Shown piece by piece: positions 21,654 through 33,539 of a stretch of 38,286 bases of DNA (the stretch's first letter is position 1; each line of letters opens with the position of its first letter). This DNA is from Circinaria calcarea (lineage: Eukaryota), in the NCBI GenBank assembly GCA_051942165.1, contig JAVECS010000031.1:1-38286 (forward strand). Reading direction: 5' to 3'. The notes under the pieces were generated by a model. It searched no databases, was not told the DNA's origin, and worked only from the letters and a program-made list of their open reading frames with translations. Made by a program: the position numbers and the translations under genes.

Positions 21654-23910
21654 GGGGTAAGTTCTTCAAACCCCTTCGAACAAGAATGTCACCATGGAGT
21701 AGATAGGATATGGCATCTTGCCAATATTTCCGACCTTGCGACCTCTGTTCCAGCTACCAGCAGTAACTTTGCACCACAGTCAAATTACTATTGTAACAGC
21801 ATGGAGGCCGACTCTGTACTAATCTATGGCATGCGTCTTGCCTGATGAGAAAATTGACATCCGTGTACCGTTCTCAGCATGCGACTCCTTTACGATCATT
21901 TTACCAATGATGAGGAACCCTATTATATAATTACTGTTGCAGGGTACCAGCCTCGTCTCCTTCAGCACTATGATTTGAGTTACACATACTTCTGCTTTAG
22001 TATAAAGGATGCAGGAGCCGAAACCTGACTCCCATGTCTGCCTTCTGCCGTTGTCGCCCTACATGCCCTTGAAGGAGAGTCTGACGATCAGAAGCTCTAG
22101 ATATCCTACTCCCTTCGTTGTGGTGTTGTAATACTCATGATCTCTATCCCGTCGGAACCCTTGGGGACATCATCTCACATCCCCCCCCTGGGCTCCTTTT
22201 GCAAGGTCATTTCCCTTTGTGCCTTTTCCCATGCAAATGGGTGCTTAATTTGCTTGTTGAGATACTCGCTACCTTGTGTGCTGTTGGAATTTCCCTGGAG
22301 ATTGAATGCCCGATAGTTGTCTGTAGGATAGTAATGTGTTGGATTGACATTTCGTTTTGATATATTCTTACCAGAGAGTATAAGGTGTCGATTTTCCAAT
22401 CTCTTGACACGTAAGTCTAATTATACTTTCCTCTGCTCGTCGAGTAGCCCCTCCCGTCCTGATTTATCATGGCCTTCTAAGGTACCACTAGCTCCTCAGT
22501 ACGTTGTGCAGCTTCATCTCGGTCTTACCGCACAGCCTGCAGTCTTAGATCTCGGTGTCTTGACGGCCTCCTTTGGGGGTAAAATGAATTTTGTTGATGG
22601 GAGATACCGCAGTCGCTGTGCTTCTCGTGTCTCGCGTTGAGGTGAAGGAAAGGCCTAACGCTATCGAGGTGTGTATGTGCAAGCCTCCTATTAATGTCGC
22701 GATTATCTACTTGATAGGAAGGCCCTCAAGACATTCTCGGCCTGCCTTGTGAAACACACCCCAATTGCATATGTCAGTGGGAAGAGTCGCGCGAATATAC
22801 CTGATCTGGACTCTAGCAGAATACCCAGTCCTAGTTGTTAATCGTCTAGCGCTTCTTATTGTTCACGATCCTAATGTTTCGATGACCATAGCAAAGCTTG
22901 GCCATAGGGTATTCCGGACAGCACATTTCTCTGCAATGCAACGTACCTGACCGCTATATCCTTTTAAGATACCACGATGCGGATACGTCCATGATTGCCG
23001 ATCCTGATCCTAGGACTAGGACTAAGGAACACCTTTTCCGTCAAGGTGGTAGTTTTCACTAGGGCTTGATACGTGTCATATTGTTGGCTACTAGGTCCAC
23101 CTGGCCGTTCGTCATTTCGTCCCTAGTGTTGGGGGCCCCACCGCCTGTGGTCTTCCATCATTCTTCTCGCTGAAGTGTCTGTTGATGGAAGGGTTAGATC
23201 CACCCGGCTTCGTATGTGGAAACGGCTCGGAGCTGGAAGGTGTCTGCTATACTAGGTTGCAAGTTACGTAGTCGTTCCACTTCTCCAGGCTTCGTTCCAT
23301 CTAACCTCGGCAGTGGAAGATGGGATTTCTTTTCAGTGTCTGATGCTTATAGTCCTGGTAGAAAGATCGTCCTCTTTCCTTGGGCTTTGCGACATGCTCG
23401 TTGTTTCTTGGTAGAGACGTTCGTGGAAAGGTGCAGGAAATCGCCGCCTCGCACATATTCATGCATACAACCTTTCTTGGGGTTACCTAACTTAGAAGAA
23501 ACTTCAGGGTAATATTGGCATGTTCCACTATTTTGAGCACCGTGCCCATTTCATCCAAGATCATAGGTGGACTTTAGTCTCCAATATAAGGAGTGCAATT
23601 GCTTTCGACCATGAAGCTTTCCAATGCTTAGAAAATACGAATCATATATAAATACATCTCAGAGCTGGGTGAACCGATAGATATTAAGAAACCTATGGAG
23701 GTGAAGGGTATTCTGCACATTATAAGGCGTAGTTCGTGGATACATTTGAAGGAACAGAAAACTAAATAGGGGCTAATTCAGTGGTAGATGGCGATCACGC
23801 TATCCCATATCCAATACACACAGCATTCGTACGCCGTTGATCAGGAAACGGTCGATCCAGGTCCTTATCCCTTAACACCGCGTCTAGGCATGTCTATTAC
23901 ATGCCGACGT

Positions 23911-26900
23911 TCAAGCTACAGGTAGGAAAACATCAAAGGCTCCGGTCCCTACTGTTGAAATCCTACCAACGACAATCTTGGCACTTGGACCATCTAAGGT
24001 GTCCCAGTCCTTCTCCATCACTGCGCTCTTCAGGAAACCGACAGTGGTCTCGAAGCTCATCTTCATGAATGGACTCACTCCGGTCGTTAGTGCCGTCCGG
24101 TTAAATGCACTAAACCCTCCACCCCTCGTCATCATATCCGCAATGAGATTGAGATGCCGATTGTCGACAGTGATGCTGTGCCCTTTAAAAACCGAATCCA
24201 TCTCACGTACTATAGTGGCGCGACAAGCTTCGACTCCGTAGAGGGACAACATGGCTGCAATATCATTAGTGAAGATTTTATGAGGATTGAGCACAGCCTG
24301 ATAGTCGTGCATGGCAGTAAGGTTGACACCCTCGGTGAGGATAACAGGGTATGTCGTCTCAACGTTGGTAACTGGATCGCGAGCTTTCTCTTTGACGAGG
24401 GTGCAAGTGCCTATGCCGGGAATGGATTGGATGACAGCTGAGTGGCAGGCGTCCTCGACGAGATTGAGCATGATGAGCTTGGCAGTGGAGATGTCGTACT
24501 GTCATCATTGATCAGGACTATGTTACATGTTGGATATTATAAAAGCGGACGTACCTCCAGTCGCAGCTGACACCACGCACCACCCTTGTCATCGAAGGAG
24601 AATTGAGTCAAGTCAGGATTGTTATTTTTGATCCGATCTTCTCGCTCCCTAGCGGCGGTTTTGGTGTAATCGCCGTCTTCTTCGTCATGGTCATTGTGAT
24701 CCTGGTCCTGATCCTCGTCGTTCTGAACTGTGTTTGGGCTTCCAACAAAACCCTCATCTTCGTCGACATCGGGGCTCTCGGCGCGTTGAAAGGCTTTTGA
24801 GATGGACTCTTCGGCCTCGTCAGGCTCAGCGTACGAGATGGCTCCTTCACGGTTCTGCTTGTCCTTGTTGTTAGTTGCGTCGTCATCCCCATCGTCGTTT
24901 TCGTCACCATCTCCGCCTTCTCTTTCGACGTCGATTTCTGCTTCTCGGTTTGATGGCGGTGCATCTCCAATACGCTTTGCTTTCTCTCCGACCTCAGGCT
25001 GCGATTCCATTGACTTGAGGAGCTTTGCATCACCTTTGTTCTTGAGCTCTTTTCTAATTGCTTTGATCAGTTGTGGAACGAATCTAGTCTCAAGGGTACG
25101 CAACACATCAAGGTCTTTGATGGCGTACGTATCTTGATATTCCGAGCGAGGGAAGAAATCAAGTCGTATATCGTATATCTTAGCTCGAGAGTGACCAATG
25201 CCTTTCGCAACCCTCTCACTTACGCTAACACTGTCAATTACTTCGGCAAGCGTGAGCTTTGTGATGCCCTTGGCGAATTTCTCTCCAGCCTCGTCAGTGA
25301 TCTCTTCAATGAGATGTAACGTCATCGTCGGCGTTGATATGTGATTGCTTGCGGTCATGACAATCTCCCGGAGACGTGGGATACCCAAAGTAACGTTTTT
25401 AGCGGAATGGCCAGCAAGATGGAAGGTGTTCAAGGTCATCTGCGTGGAAGGTTCGCCGATAGATTGTCCTGCAACTATACCTACCGCTTCACCGGGATCA
25501 ACCACGGACTTCATGTACTTCATTTCGAGTAAAGCCTGGAAGGTCTTCTTTGAGATAGGCGCATCAGGGGCCACTTTCTTGTCCCTGATCAACTTTTGTG
25601 GGTTTGATGCGCAATACTAGGGCCATGAGGTCAGTTCTTCATGTGAATTTAGAGGGTATCGGTGTGCTCACAGCTTTTAGGGAAGACGCAAAGGTCTCAG
25701 AAGTGCTACCCATGGTGCTACCTGGATTGAAAACAGCAAGTACAGGATCCATGGCGTCGAACCTGCCTGATTTTTTAGTTTTCTTCATAGCAGTTTTATG
25801 CCACTCCCCGGCCTCCTCATTGATGATCTTTTGGAACTCTTCCTTGACATTCAGCTGAGCCACTAGTGATAGATAATTCTCTGCCAAAAATTTGAAGTCG
25901 GTGAGATGCTTTTGTTTTGTCACGTCCAAACCGTCTTCTCCATACAGAAACTGAATCATGCTCCCGTCCGAGTTCCGTACAGAGGTATCGTATTCTACCT
26001 TCAAGCCCTCCATACCCTTGATAAGGCATCGCTGTAAGTAGCCAGACCGGGATGTCTTTACCGCAGTATCAATTAAACCTTCACGACCTGCCATAGCGTG
26101 AAAGTAGTATTCTTGAGGCTTCACTCCTGTCAAAAAGCGATCACGGATATAGCCCCCTGCTCTAATGTCGGTTTCGAAAGGCTTGAAAGATGGAAGGGTT
26201 TTCCCACTAATCATGACTGGTACCCTTCTACCCTCAAGGACTTGCTGTCCCAGGTTGCATGAGATTAGATTAGCATTGACAGAAGAACCTTTAGCGCCAG
26301 ACATTGTCATTGTTTGCATTTGATTTTGCGGAAAAGGTTTTCGCAGACCAGTTGGTAAGCAAGCAACAGTAATCTCTGAAGACAAAGTCGAGGTACGCGA
26401 GTTGTAGACACTGTCAAGGCCTGCTTGCTTAACATCGTCGTAGAGAACATCCTCTAGCCGTGTGCGTAGCTCAGGATTATCTCTGCCAGGTTGATATTCA
26501 AGAGTAACATACTTTGAAGCTACCTCGAGACCCACGATTTCCGCTTTTTTAAGCTTTTCCCGCCTCTTTCGGTCGCCAGCCGGGGTCAGGATAATATCCT
26601 CCATGCCGCAAGAGAATGCGCGCATATGTAGCAATTTAGTCAGGAGGCGTCCCAGTACACTCAACAGCTTCCCAGCAACGGTATGGCCATACGTCTCATA
26701 TATTGCATGAATGAAGCCACCGCCACTAGGTCCAAGATGCGCCTTGTCAAGTATACCGCAAAGTAACTCACCAGCTTGGAATATCACGATCCCTTCCTCT
26801 GAGTTCTCTCCCCATTGATCTCCCGGTGTTTGAGACTTCCCAACCAAGGTTAAGCCGGGGTGCGATGCAGGTGTAATATTTTTTAAGAGAGTGGTAATGA

Positions 26901-29297
26901 CTTGTTTACCTGTCCACAATGGTTTTGGCTTTATGATTGTGGGAGCCACAGTCTCAATTCTATCCGTGGCAGTATGGTTGTTCTCCGGTCGTAAGCAACT
27001 ATAGAGGAGCTGTTGGTAGTCATCCCGATCAAAAACCGAATCCCGGTTTGTTAACCACACACCCATGGAGATATGGTCCTGAATGAGACCCCGAAGAGGT
27101 TTCCCGGACGTCGCAACGAGATATTGGTGGTCTGTATCAGCAATCTGTAGGGCTTCCGCTCGTGCAATCTCGTTCTGCGGAAAATGCATGTTCATCTCGT
27201 CGCCATCGAAATCTGCATTGTAAGTGTTGCAATTCGCATAGTGCATACGGATTGTCTTTTCTCCTGGCAGCACACGAGCTCGATGACCCATCATTGACGG
27301 CTTATGTAGAGTTGGCTGACGGTTCATGAGGACGACATCGCCATTGTTAAGGTGACGGTGTACTTTCTTGTTCTTTGCGCCAGTTACATTCGTATTCGAT
27401 GGAGCTAGAAGTTGATTCGCCAATGCTTGTCGTTCTTCAAAGTTCTTCGTTCTTAAGTTAATTACCTGGCCGTTCTCATTCTCAACCGCAGACGCTCCAG
27501 GCCATTTCTCGACGCCGTTCAGTACAGCTTCTTTGAGGTCGTAGAAGTTATGGTTAGTCACTGGCTCAGGGTAAGTTAGTTTCTTAGCAAACACAGGAGG
27601 CACCCCGATCTCGTTGGTTTCAATGTTAGGGTCAGGAGAAATGACGCTCCTTGCAGCAAAATTCACCCGTTTGCCCATCATGTTCTTCCGAAAAAGACCT
27701 TCTTTCTTTTCAAGGTTTTGCTTGATCCCATCTTCGCTCGGCCTGCCCGCATTACCTCTACTCGGCCCTCGTTCGCTATCGATTAGAACATTGACCGAGT
27801 CCTGGAGACGCACCCAAGCCATCTGCAGGTCAACAAAATCGCGCGGTCGTGGGCCGGATTCTGACGCAGCGCGACTGATTTCAACTCTGATCTGGTTCAT
27901 GACAGTTATGTTATTAAGGATTTGTTTGTAGAGGCTGTTCCGTGGAGCTTCGGTTATCTCGCCGTTCCCCGTCTTAGCCTCTGGACGGTATTTATTAGGA
28001 GGTACAAGAACATCATGAATAAAAAACATATCCGCTGTCACCTGAGCCGCATTATCAACTCCGGAACTCGAGTCGTAAACTAGCTGTAAGATCTCTTGTT
28101 CTTTTCTAAAAAGCTCAGTTATGGCCGCATACACTTCCTGTGGATTGACATATTTTTGCTCCTCCTCGGCACTAGATTTGTTTTTTTTGCTCTTGACGGC
28201 AGATGCTGAAGTATCGACAGCATCGCCATTAACCATTCCTCCCTCTAGCTCGAGCATCTCGGTATCTTCACCATCTTCGTCAGGAGTAACATCATCAATG
28301 TCGGCAACAATGCCCTCGTCCATTTCACGTTCCTCACGCTTTTGATTCTGCAAAGCCTTCTTCTCTTTGATAGCTTGGACAAGCGAGTTTACAGCCTTGA
28401 AGCCACCCTGAACCATCTTGGCTCTGTCCTTCTTACTTAATGGCTTTTGAAAGATTTTGTTGTATCCATCTTTTCGAAAACCCGGAGAGATTCTATTTAC
28501 AGGTTAGAGTCATCTAAACATCATGTCCGGGTGTTTCGTACCCTTTGCAAGTCCCGCAAGCTTTTCCTTTCGTGATGCTGACAAGAAATTCCTTGATAAG
28601 AGCACGCCGCTGCTCGTATATGGCTTCGATCTTATCCCTGGAGGCTGCGTCCAAATGCGTTTTCCCACCAGCTTTCTTGATAGACCGCTTAACGAACTCA
28701 TTCCTCCGTTGATGAAGTCGAACTGAGTCGTCTTCTGACTCATCGCTGCTTATCCCCACCCCATCCACAGTTGATCCATTTGCACCAGCGCCCTGTTTTG
28801 TCTTGGAGCTCGAACGAATGTTCTCTAACTCCTCGGCTTCCTTGAGCAAACCATACCGTACGAGACGTAGCTTACAGGCAAGCCGATTGACTTCTGCTGG
28901 GTGTAGCTTCAGGTGATTGCAGTAAACACACCTAGCTCGGAGCAACCTGAGAAGCTGGTCTATGAAGGCTGGGTGATAGATAGGAGCCGGCAGCTCAATA
29001 TGGCCTGCATGTCCTGGACACGCGTACGAGTTCAGATGACAGGTCGAGCATCTGTACAGTTGCAGTGAGCGATAGCTACCAAAATGCATGTGAGTTGGGA
29101 GGGTCAGATTCATACGGATTATCACTCCAAGCCCCCAAGGCAAGATCGTAGAGCCCTCCTGGCGTTGGATGGAGTAAAGAATCGAATGTATTTGCGTTAT
29201 TTATTCTCTTCACCGAGAGAGCCCTGATATCTTTGGACGACAAAAAGCCGAAATTGACGCCTCCTATGTAAGAGGCAATGGGCTGGGATATATTCAT
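23911..29297 (-). CDS. RPA190: RNA polymerase I largest subunit (A190); exons 29297-29116, 29051-28542, 28492-25672, 25616-24555, 24498-23911
   Basis: [14 protein letters not shown]...[10 protein letters not shown] zinc site, [25 protein letters not shown], catalytic [35 protein letters not shown], Pol I-type acidic insertion, MSFETT and GTGAFD. Four introns checked for frame. Confidence 0.97.
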
Positions 29298-29585
29298 CTT
29301 GATCTGCACAAGCCATAACAGTGTTAGAAACGGAAATCTCTCTTGAGAATCGCTATCTTGAAGTTACTTGAGTAGTCACTGGTCTGGTCCTTGGAATCCG
29401 AGCAGTAGAAGTTACTCTGTATTGGGCAGCAGTCAATACCGCCGGAGATTTTACCGGAGTATTGTCGGACCGGTCATCCTTTTGGCAATTTGCACATCGG
29501 ATTTGAAGTTCCAGAATCGACGTTTACTGTGACCACCAGTATCATCACACACACTTCTCACAAAGAGCTTCTCGCTGCCGCTCAG
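29298..29585. promoter_or_regulatory. Divergent intergenic region RPA190/PRP3 (probable bidirectional promoter)
   Basis: Head-to-head start codons only 288 bp apart. Confidence 0.6.
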
Positions 29586-31367
29586 ATGGCTGACATAACC
29601 TCCAGTGGTCTAAAGCGGCCCCACCCTGATGATGATGCACATAATGCTCAGAAGAAGGCACGGTCTAATACCGGCTCGCCGGCCCCTCAGACAAATGGTA
29701 CGAAGCCTGATGTCAAACCTGATATTAGCAAGATCATGGCCGATGCCCGAGCAAAGGCTGCGGCGGTTGCAGCTCGACTAAATGGCTCGAAGGCTGGCTT
29801 GAATGGGGCGCAGGTCTCACCATCTCCCATCCCTCTATCAACATCAGCAGCGGGTGCTAGTGGTCCTTCAAGAATTGAGCTTCTAAAAGCAAGAGTAGCA
29901 GCAGCGACTGGGAAGGCTAATTCTGTATCTTCGCAACGGACATCATCCCCCGTGACCCCAATGTACCAACTCCCGAATTTTGAGGACGGGATATCACGTG
30001 CGAAGGGAGGACTTGATGTCGGACTACATCCAGCGCTCATGGGTGATTCCGGGCAAGACTCGAGGTCTTCGAAGGGAAGACAAACTATTCAGCCCAAATT
30101 TGCAACCACCATGGCGAATCGGCGCGCTGAATCTCCAGTATCTGCCTCAAAGCCGGGAAAAGGGAAGAAACAGCTCGATCTATCAGGCCCATCTGCCGAA
30201 GAAACGCGCAGTAATCCATACTTTGATCCAAATCTAGGCGCCAAAACTGCTACACTCAAAGCTAGGAACTCGAAGCAACTAATTTTCAACCAGAAAGGAA
30301 AGTACATCCAGCAAGCCGCCGCCCTGCGCCGCCAAGCAGCTCTCGAGCAGATGAAAAAGCGAATCGCCGAGTCATCTCGCAAAGCAGGAATTGACGAAGA
30401 CCTCGACACAGAAAAGGCGTTTCTTGTTCCCGCTCCGCCCGAAATCGAGTGGTGGGATGAGGGTCTTGTTAACGGAAATGAGTACGCGTCGATTGACTGC
30501 CCCGGGGGCTTGAGGATCGATACCCCTGACTCGATTATCACAATTTATATCCAACACCCCGTCGCCCTCGAACCCCCTCAGGAGAAGAACATGCCGGCCC
30601 CCAAACCCATGTTCCTAACTGGACGTGAACAAGCTAAACTTCGACGCCAACGCCGGATGGCGGATCTAAAGGAACAACAGGCAAAGATCCGTCTTGGCCT
30701 TGAACCCGCGCCTCCCCCAAAAGTCAAAAAGTCCAATCTCATGCGTGTACTGGGTGAAGAAGCAGTCAAAGACCCTACAGCTGTGGAAGCTCGCGTAAAT
30801 CGAGAAATCGCTGAGCGTGCACAGAAACATCTAGAGATGAACGAGGAACGGAAATTGACTAAAGACCAGGTCCATGAGAAGCTGGCGGAAAAACAGGGCA
30901 TGGATGCCGCAAAAGGAATCTATATTAGTGTGTACAAAATCGACAGCCTAGCAAATGGGCGTCATCGATTCAAGATCTCGAAGAACGCGGAGCAGAATGC
31001 GTTAAAAGGAGTTTGCATTCTGCACCCCAAGTTTAATCTTGTTATTGTAGAAGGCGGGGAGCACAGTATCAGCTTCTACAAAAAGCTAATGCTCAACCGG
31101 ATTGATTGGACGGAAAACAGCGCTCCGAATAGCGTCCGCGAAGGAAATAAAGAAGCTATGACGAGCTGGCTACAGGCAGAGGACGAAAAGGGAAATTTGA
31201 AGGATTTGGGGCTAAACAAGTGTGTCTTGATATGGGAAGGAGAGCAGAAATCCAGGTCGTTTCGTAAGTGGAGTAGTAAAATTTGTTCGACAGATTCAGA
31301 GGCGAGACGGCTGCTGGAAAAATCAAAGCTAGAGAGTTTGTTTACATTAGCGAAGAGTTGGAAGTGA
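29586..31367 (+). CDS. PRP3: U4/U6 snRNP protein Prp3, single exon
   Basis: NPYFDP, FNQKGKYIQQAAALRRQ, IEWWD, YIQHPV, KIRLGLEPAPPPKVKKSNLMRVLGEEAVKDPTAVEARV, VIVEGG...KKLMLNRIDW. First in-frame ATG at 29586. Confidence 0.95.
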   Translation: MADITSSGLKRPHPDDDAHNAQKKARSNTGSPAPQTNGTKPDVKPDISKIMADARAKAAAVAARLNGSKAGLNGAQVSPSPIPLSTSAAGASGPSRIELLKARVAAATGKANSVSSQRTSSPVTPMYQLPNFEDGISRAKGGLDVGLHPALMGDSGQDSRSSKGRQTIQPKFATTMANRRAESPVSASKPGKGKKQLDLSGPSAEETRSNPYFDPNLGAKTATLKARNSKQLIFNQKGKYIQQAAALRRQAALEQMKKRIAESSRKAGIDEDLDTEKAFLVPAPPEIEWWDEGLVNGNEYASIDCPGGLRIDTPDSIITIYIQHPVALEPPQEKNMPAPKPMFLTGREQAKLRRQRRMADLKEQQAKIRLGLEPAPPPKVKKSNLMRVLGEEAVKDPTAVEARVNREIAERAQKHLEMNEERKLTKDQVHEKLAEKQGMDAAKGIYISVYKIDSLANGRHRFKISKNAEQNALKGVCILHPKFNLVIVEGGEHSISFYKKLMLNRIDWTENSAPNSVREGNKEAMTSWLQAEDEKGNLKDLGLNKCVLIWEGEQKSRSFRKWSSKICSTDSEARRLLEKSKLESLFTLAKSWK

Positions 31368-31770
31368 ATAGGATACGGATGCAGAGATGGCGACAGGGCA
31401 GTCGTTCCTGTATTGCACTTCGATTACGTTAACTTGCGGTAGTAGCGACTTCAGCTGATGTATACACCATTGGAGAAGCTGGCTACGATAGTAGTGTCCA
31501 TATTCCAACGGCTTTAAGCTCTTGTACAGACTCATAGTACTCAACATGTTCCCTTCTGCTGGTGGATGCACAACTGTCTCCATGATCCCGAGATTCTTTT
31601 CAACCGCGTATTTAAACCTGATCATAATTCACAATCGAGGTGGACAGGGGAAATTATATATCACTATCCCATCCTCCTCGACTGACACATCTGAATCTCA
31701 ACAGCGAGATAGTATGCAGGTTGGTAGTTTCAGGGTTTCCTAGGTGTACTAATCCTCTATATGAACCATT

Positions 31771-32767
31771 ATGTACCTGTTTATGACCTTCATCCGGCTA
31801 GCCGGATGCATGACAGCTCTGCTACGTCTTATGCAAGCCTCTCTCTCCGTCTCTCTCTATCCTTTCGACTCAGGTGAGAGTGTATAGACCCCACGGAGAG
31901 AGGATCAGAAGAGAGCTGATCCGAGACACTCATACCATCACCTTCATTACTTTGCGAATAAGCAGATATTACCTGGCTGGATTCTTATGGAAAAAGACAC
32001 CTAGGAATTTACGTCGAAAGATCCAAGCTTACAGCCGCCCAGAGACGGTACGGATTCTGCCTACGGAGACTTTGCAGATGCAGTAGACAAGGCATTCGAA
32101 GATTTGACCTTTGACATATACGTGGCAAACCCGTTTACCTTGCCCAAAGACTCAAAGATTATTTGAAAGACCTAATAGGTGCACCAGCTGCTTTCTTCCT
32201 AAGTACCTACAGATACCGGCCTAAGACACGTTATTGTCTTTCGGATCAAAGCCCCTATTTCACCGAGAGCGTGTTTTGGGGTGTTTCCACGACCCGGATA
32301 TGAAACTGCCGGCACAGCGATCAGGACATTACGGAAGCTTCTCATGTTCTTGTATTACCAGGAAACGGAAAGATGATGGTTCTTCGGATGATCAAGCACC
32401 TTTATTCAATACATATACCGCGTACGGTCTAGATCGATGAATTCACGGCAATACGTTTCTTATTCTAGATGAGTTTGGGAAATACCCATGCGTGCGTGAG
32501 ACGCAACGGCAATCCTCTGGGCTGGAAGTGGAATGACGATCCCAGGCTGTGAAGCTTACAAGGGCCGGATTCAAGAAGCGCTATGGATCACGGGGTACCT
32601 TCCGTAACCGTATTCTCCGGAAGGAGAAAACCCCTGAGCTGGAGCCTAAGAACACTGAGGCCGAGCAAGGCGTAAACCGAGGTCAAGGTGGCGAAAGCTG
32701 TCCCTCAGCCAGAGAAGGGTTCCTGCTTCAACAACTCAAAAATGGCGCGAGAAATTGGGACATGTAA
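31771..32767 (+). pseudogene. Possible decayed gene for a secreted protein
   Basis: From ATG 31771: hydrophobic leader, QKR|AD, then a protein-like reading broken by TAG at 31885 and 32002 and ending at TGA 32164. A second frame, 32234-32767, is broken only by TGA at 32438 and 32534. No family recognised. Confidence 0.3.
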
Positions 32768-33539
32768 TCAGGCGCCACTCCATGCGGAGCATATACACGA
32801 AAAAGGGGGGGGGGGGTAGATATCAATGCAAGGCAGGAAACAGCACATATGTATCCAACGGAAGCCGGTCAGGAGCGTAGCTTTTGCAACCGTGCAGAAA
32901 AAGATTACGATATATGACAAGCTGAAAAACCAACTAAAGAAGTAACGAGCTGAAGAAACCTGCAACATAGATACGGAACCTATCAGCGATTATACCTTGA
33001 CGCTATGAACAGCAGGGGAACTATCGGGGAAATAGTGGCGGCAGCCATACTTCATCGGTAAGATTGGAGCTTAGGGGCGGGAAGGGGTAGTATGAGGGCT
33101 AGGAGGAACAACGGTGGTTGCAGACTGCTGCTTGGTATCCGTTGCGAAGCTCCGTGAGGAGCTTTTGGCGGTGAAATGGTATTACATGGAAAGGATAAAA
33201 CGGTCTACAGAATGAGGACGGGTCGCAGCACTGCAGTAGAGTGACATAGTTGGATGTCAGTTAGGACAGAGCAACCTCGAACACCAGCTTTAGGCTCAAA
33301 GCCGATCATCAGCCTTACATTCCTGGATGACATAACTTTGTAAGCGGAAACATGTAGATGGTAATTTGTAACATTGATAGCAGGCGACAGCTATGGTAGC
33401 TACTGATCCTTTGGTTAGTTATACAGCGCGTTCTTCTCAGCAACAAAGCCTTTGTACCGACTTTAACCTCCTGTTCCAACGAAAAGCGCATTTACCCATC
33501 TGTTTGACGTGGTGGCTCCATTTGCGCACTTTCCAACTC

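Noticed and set aside
21907..22028. Box C/D snoRNA (ATGATGA ... CTGA)
   Set aside because: No terminal stem and no rRNA-complementary guide that I can recognise; these short boxes occur by chance. Would need snoscan/Infernal.
21654..23910. Decayed gene or transposon in the 2.2-kb MAD1-RPA190 gap
   Set aside because: Only short ORFs and fragmentary stop-interrupted frames; no transposase/RT motif, terminal repeats or family similarity recognised.
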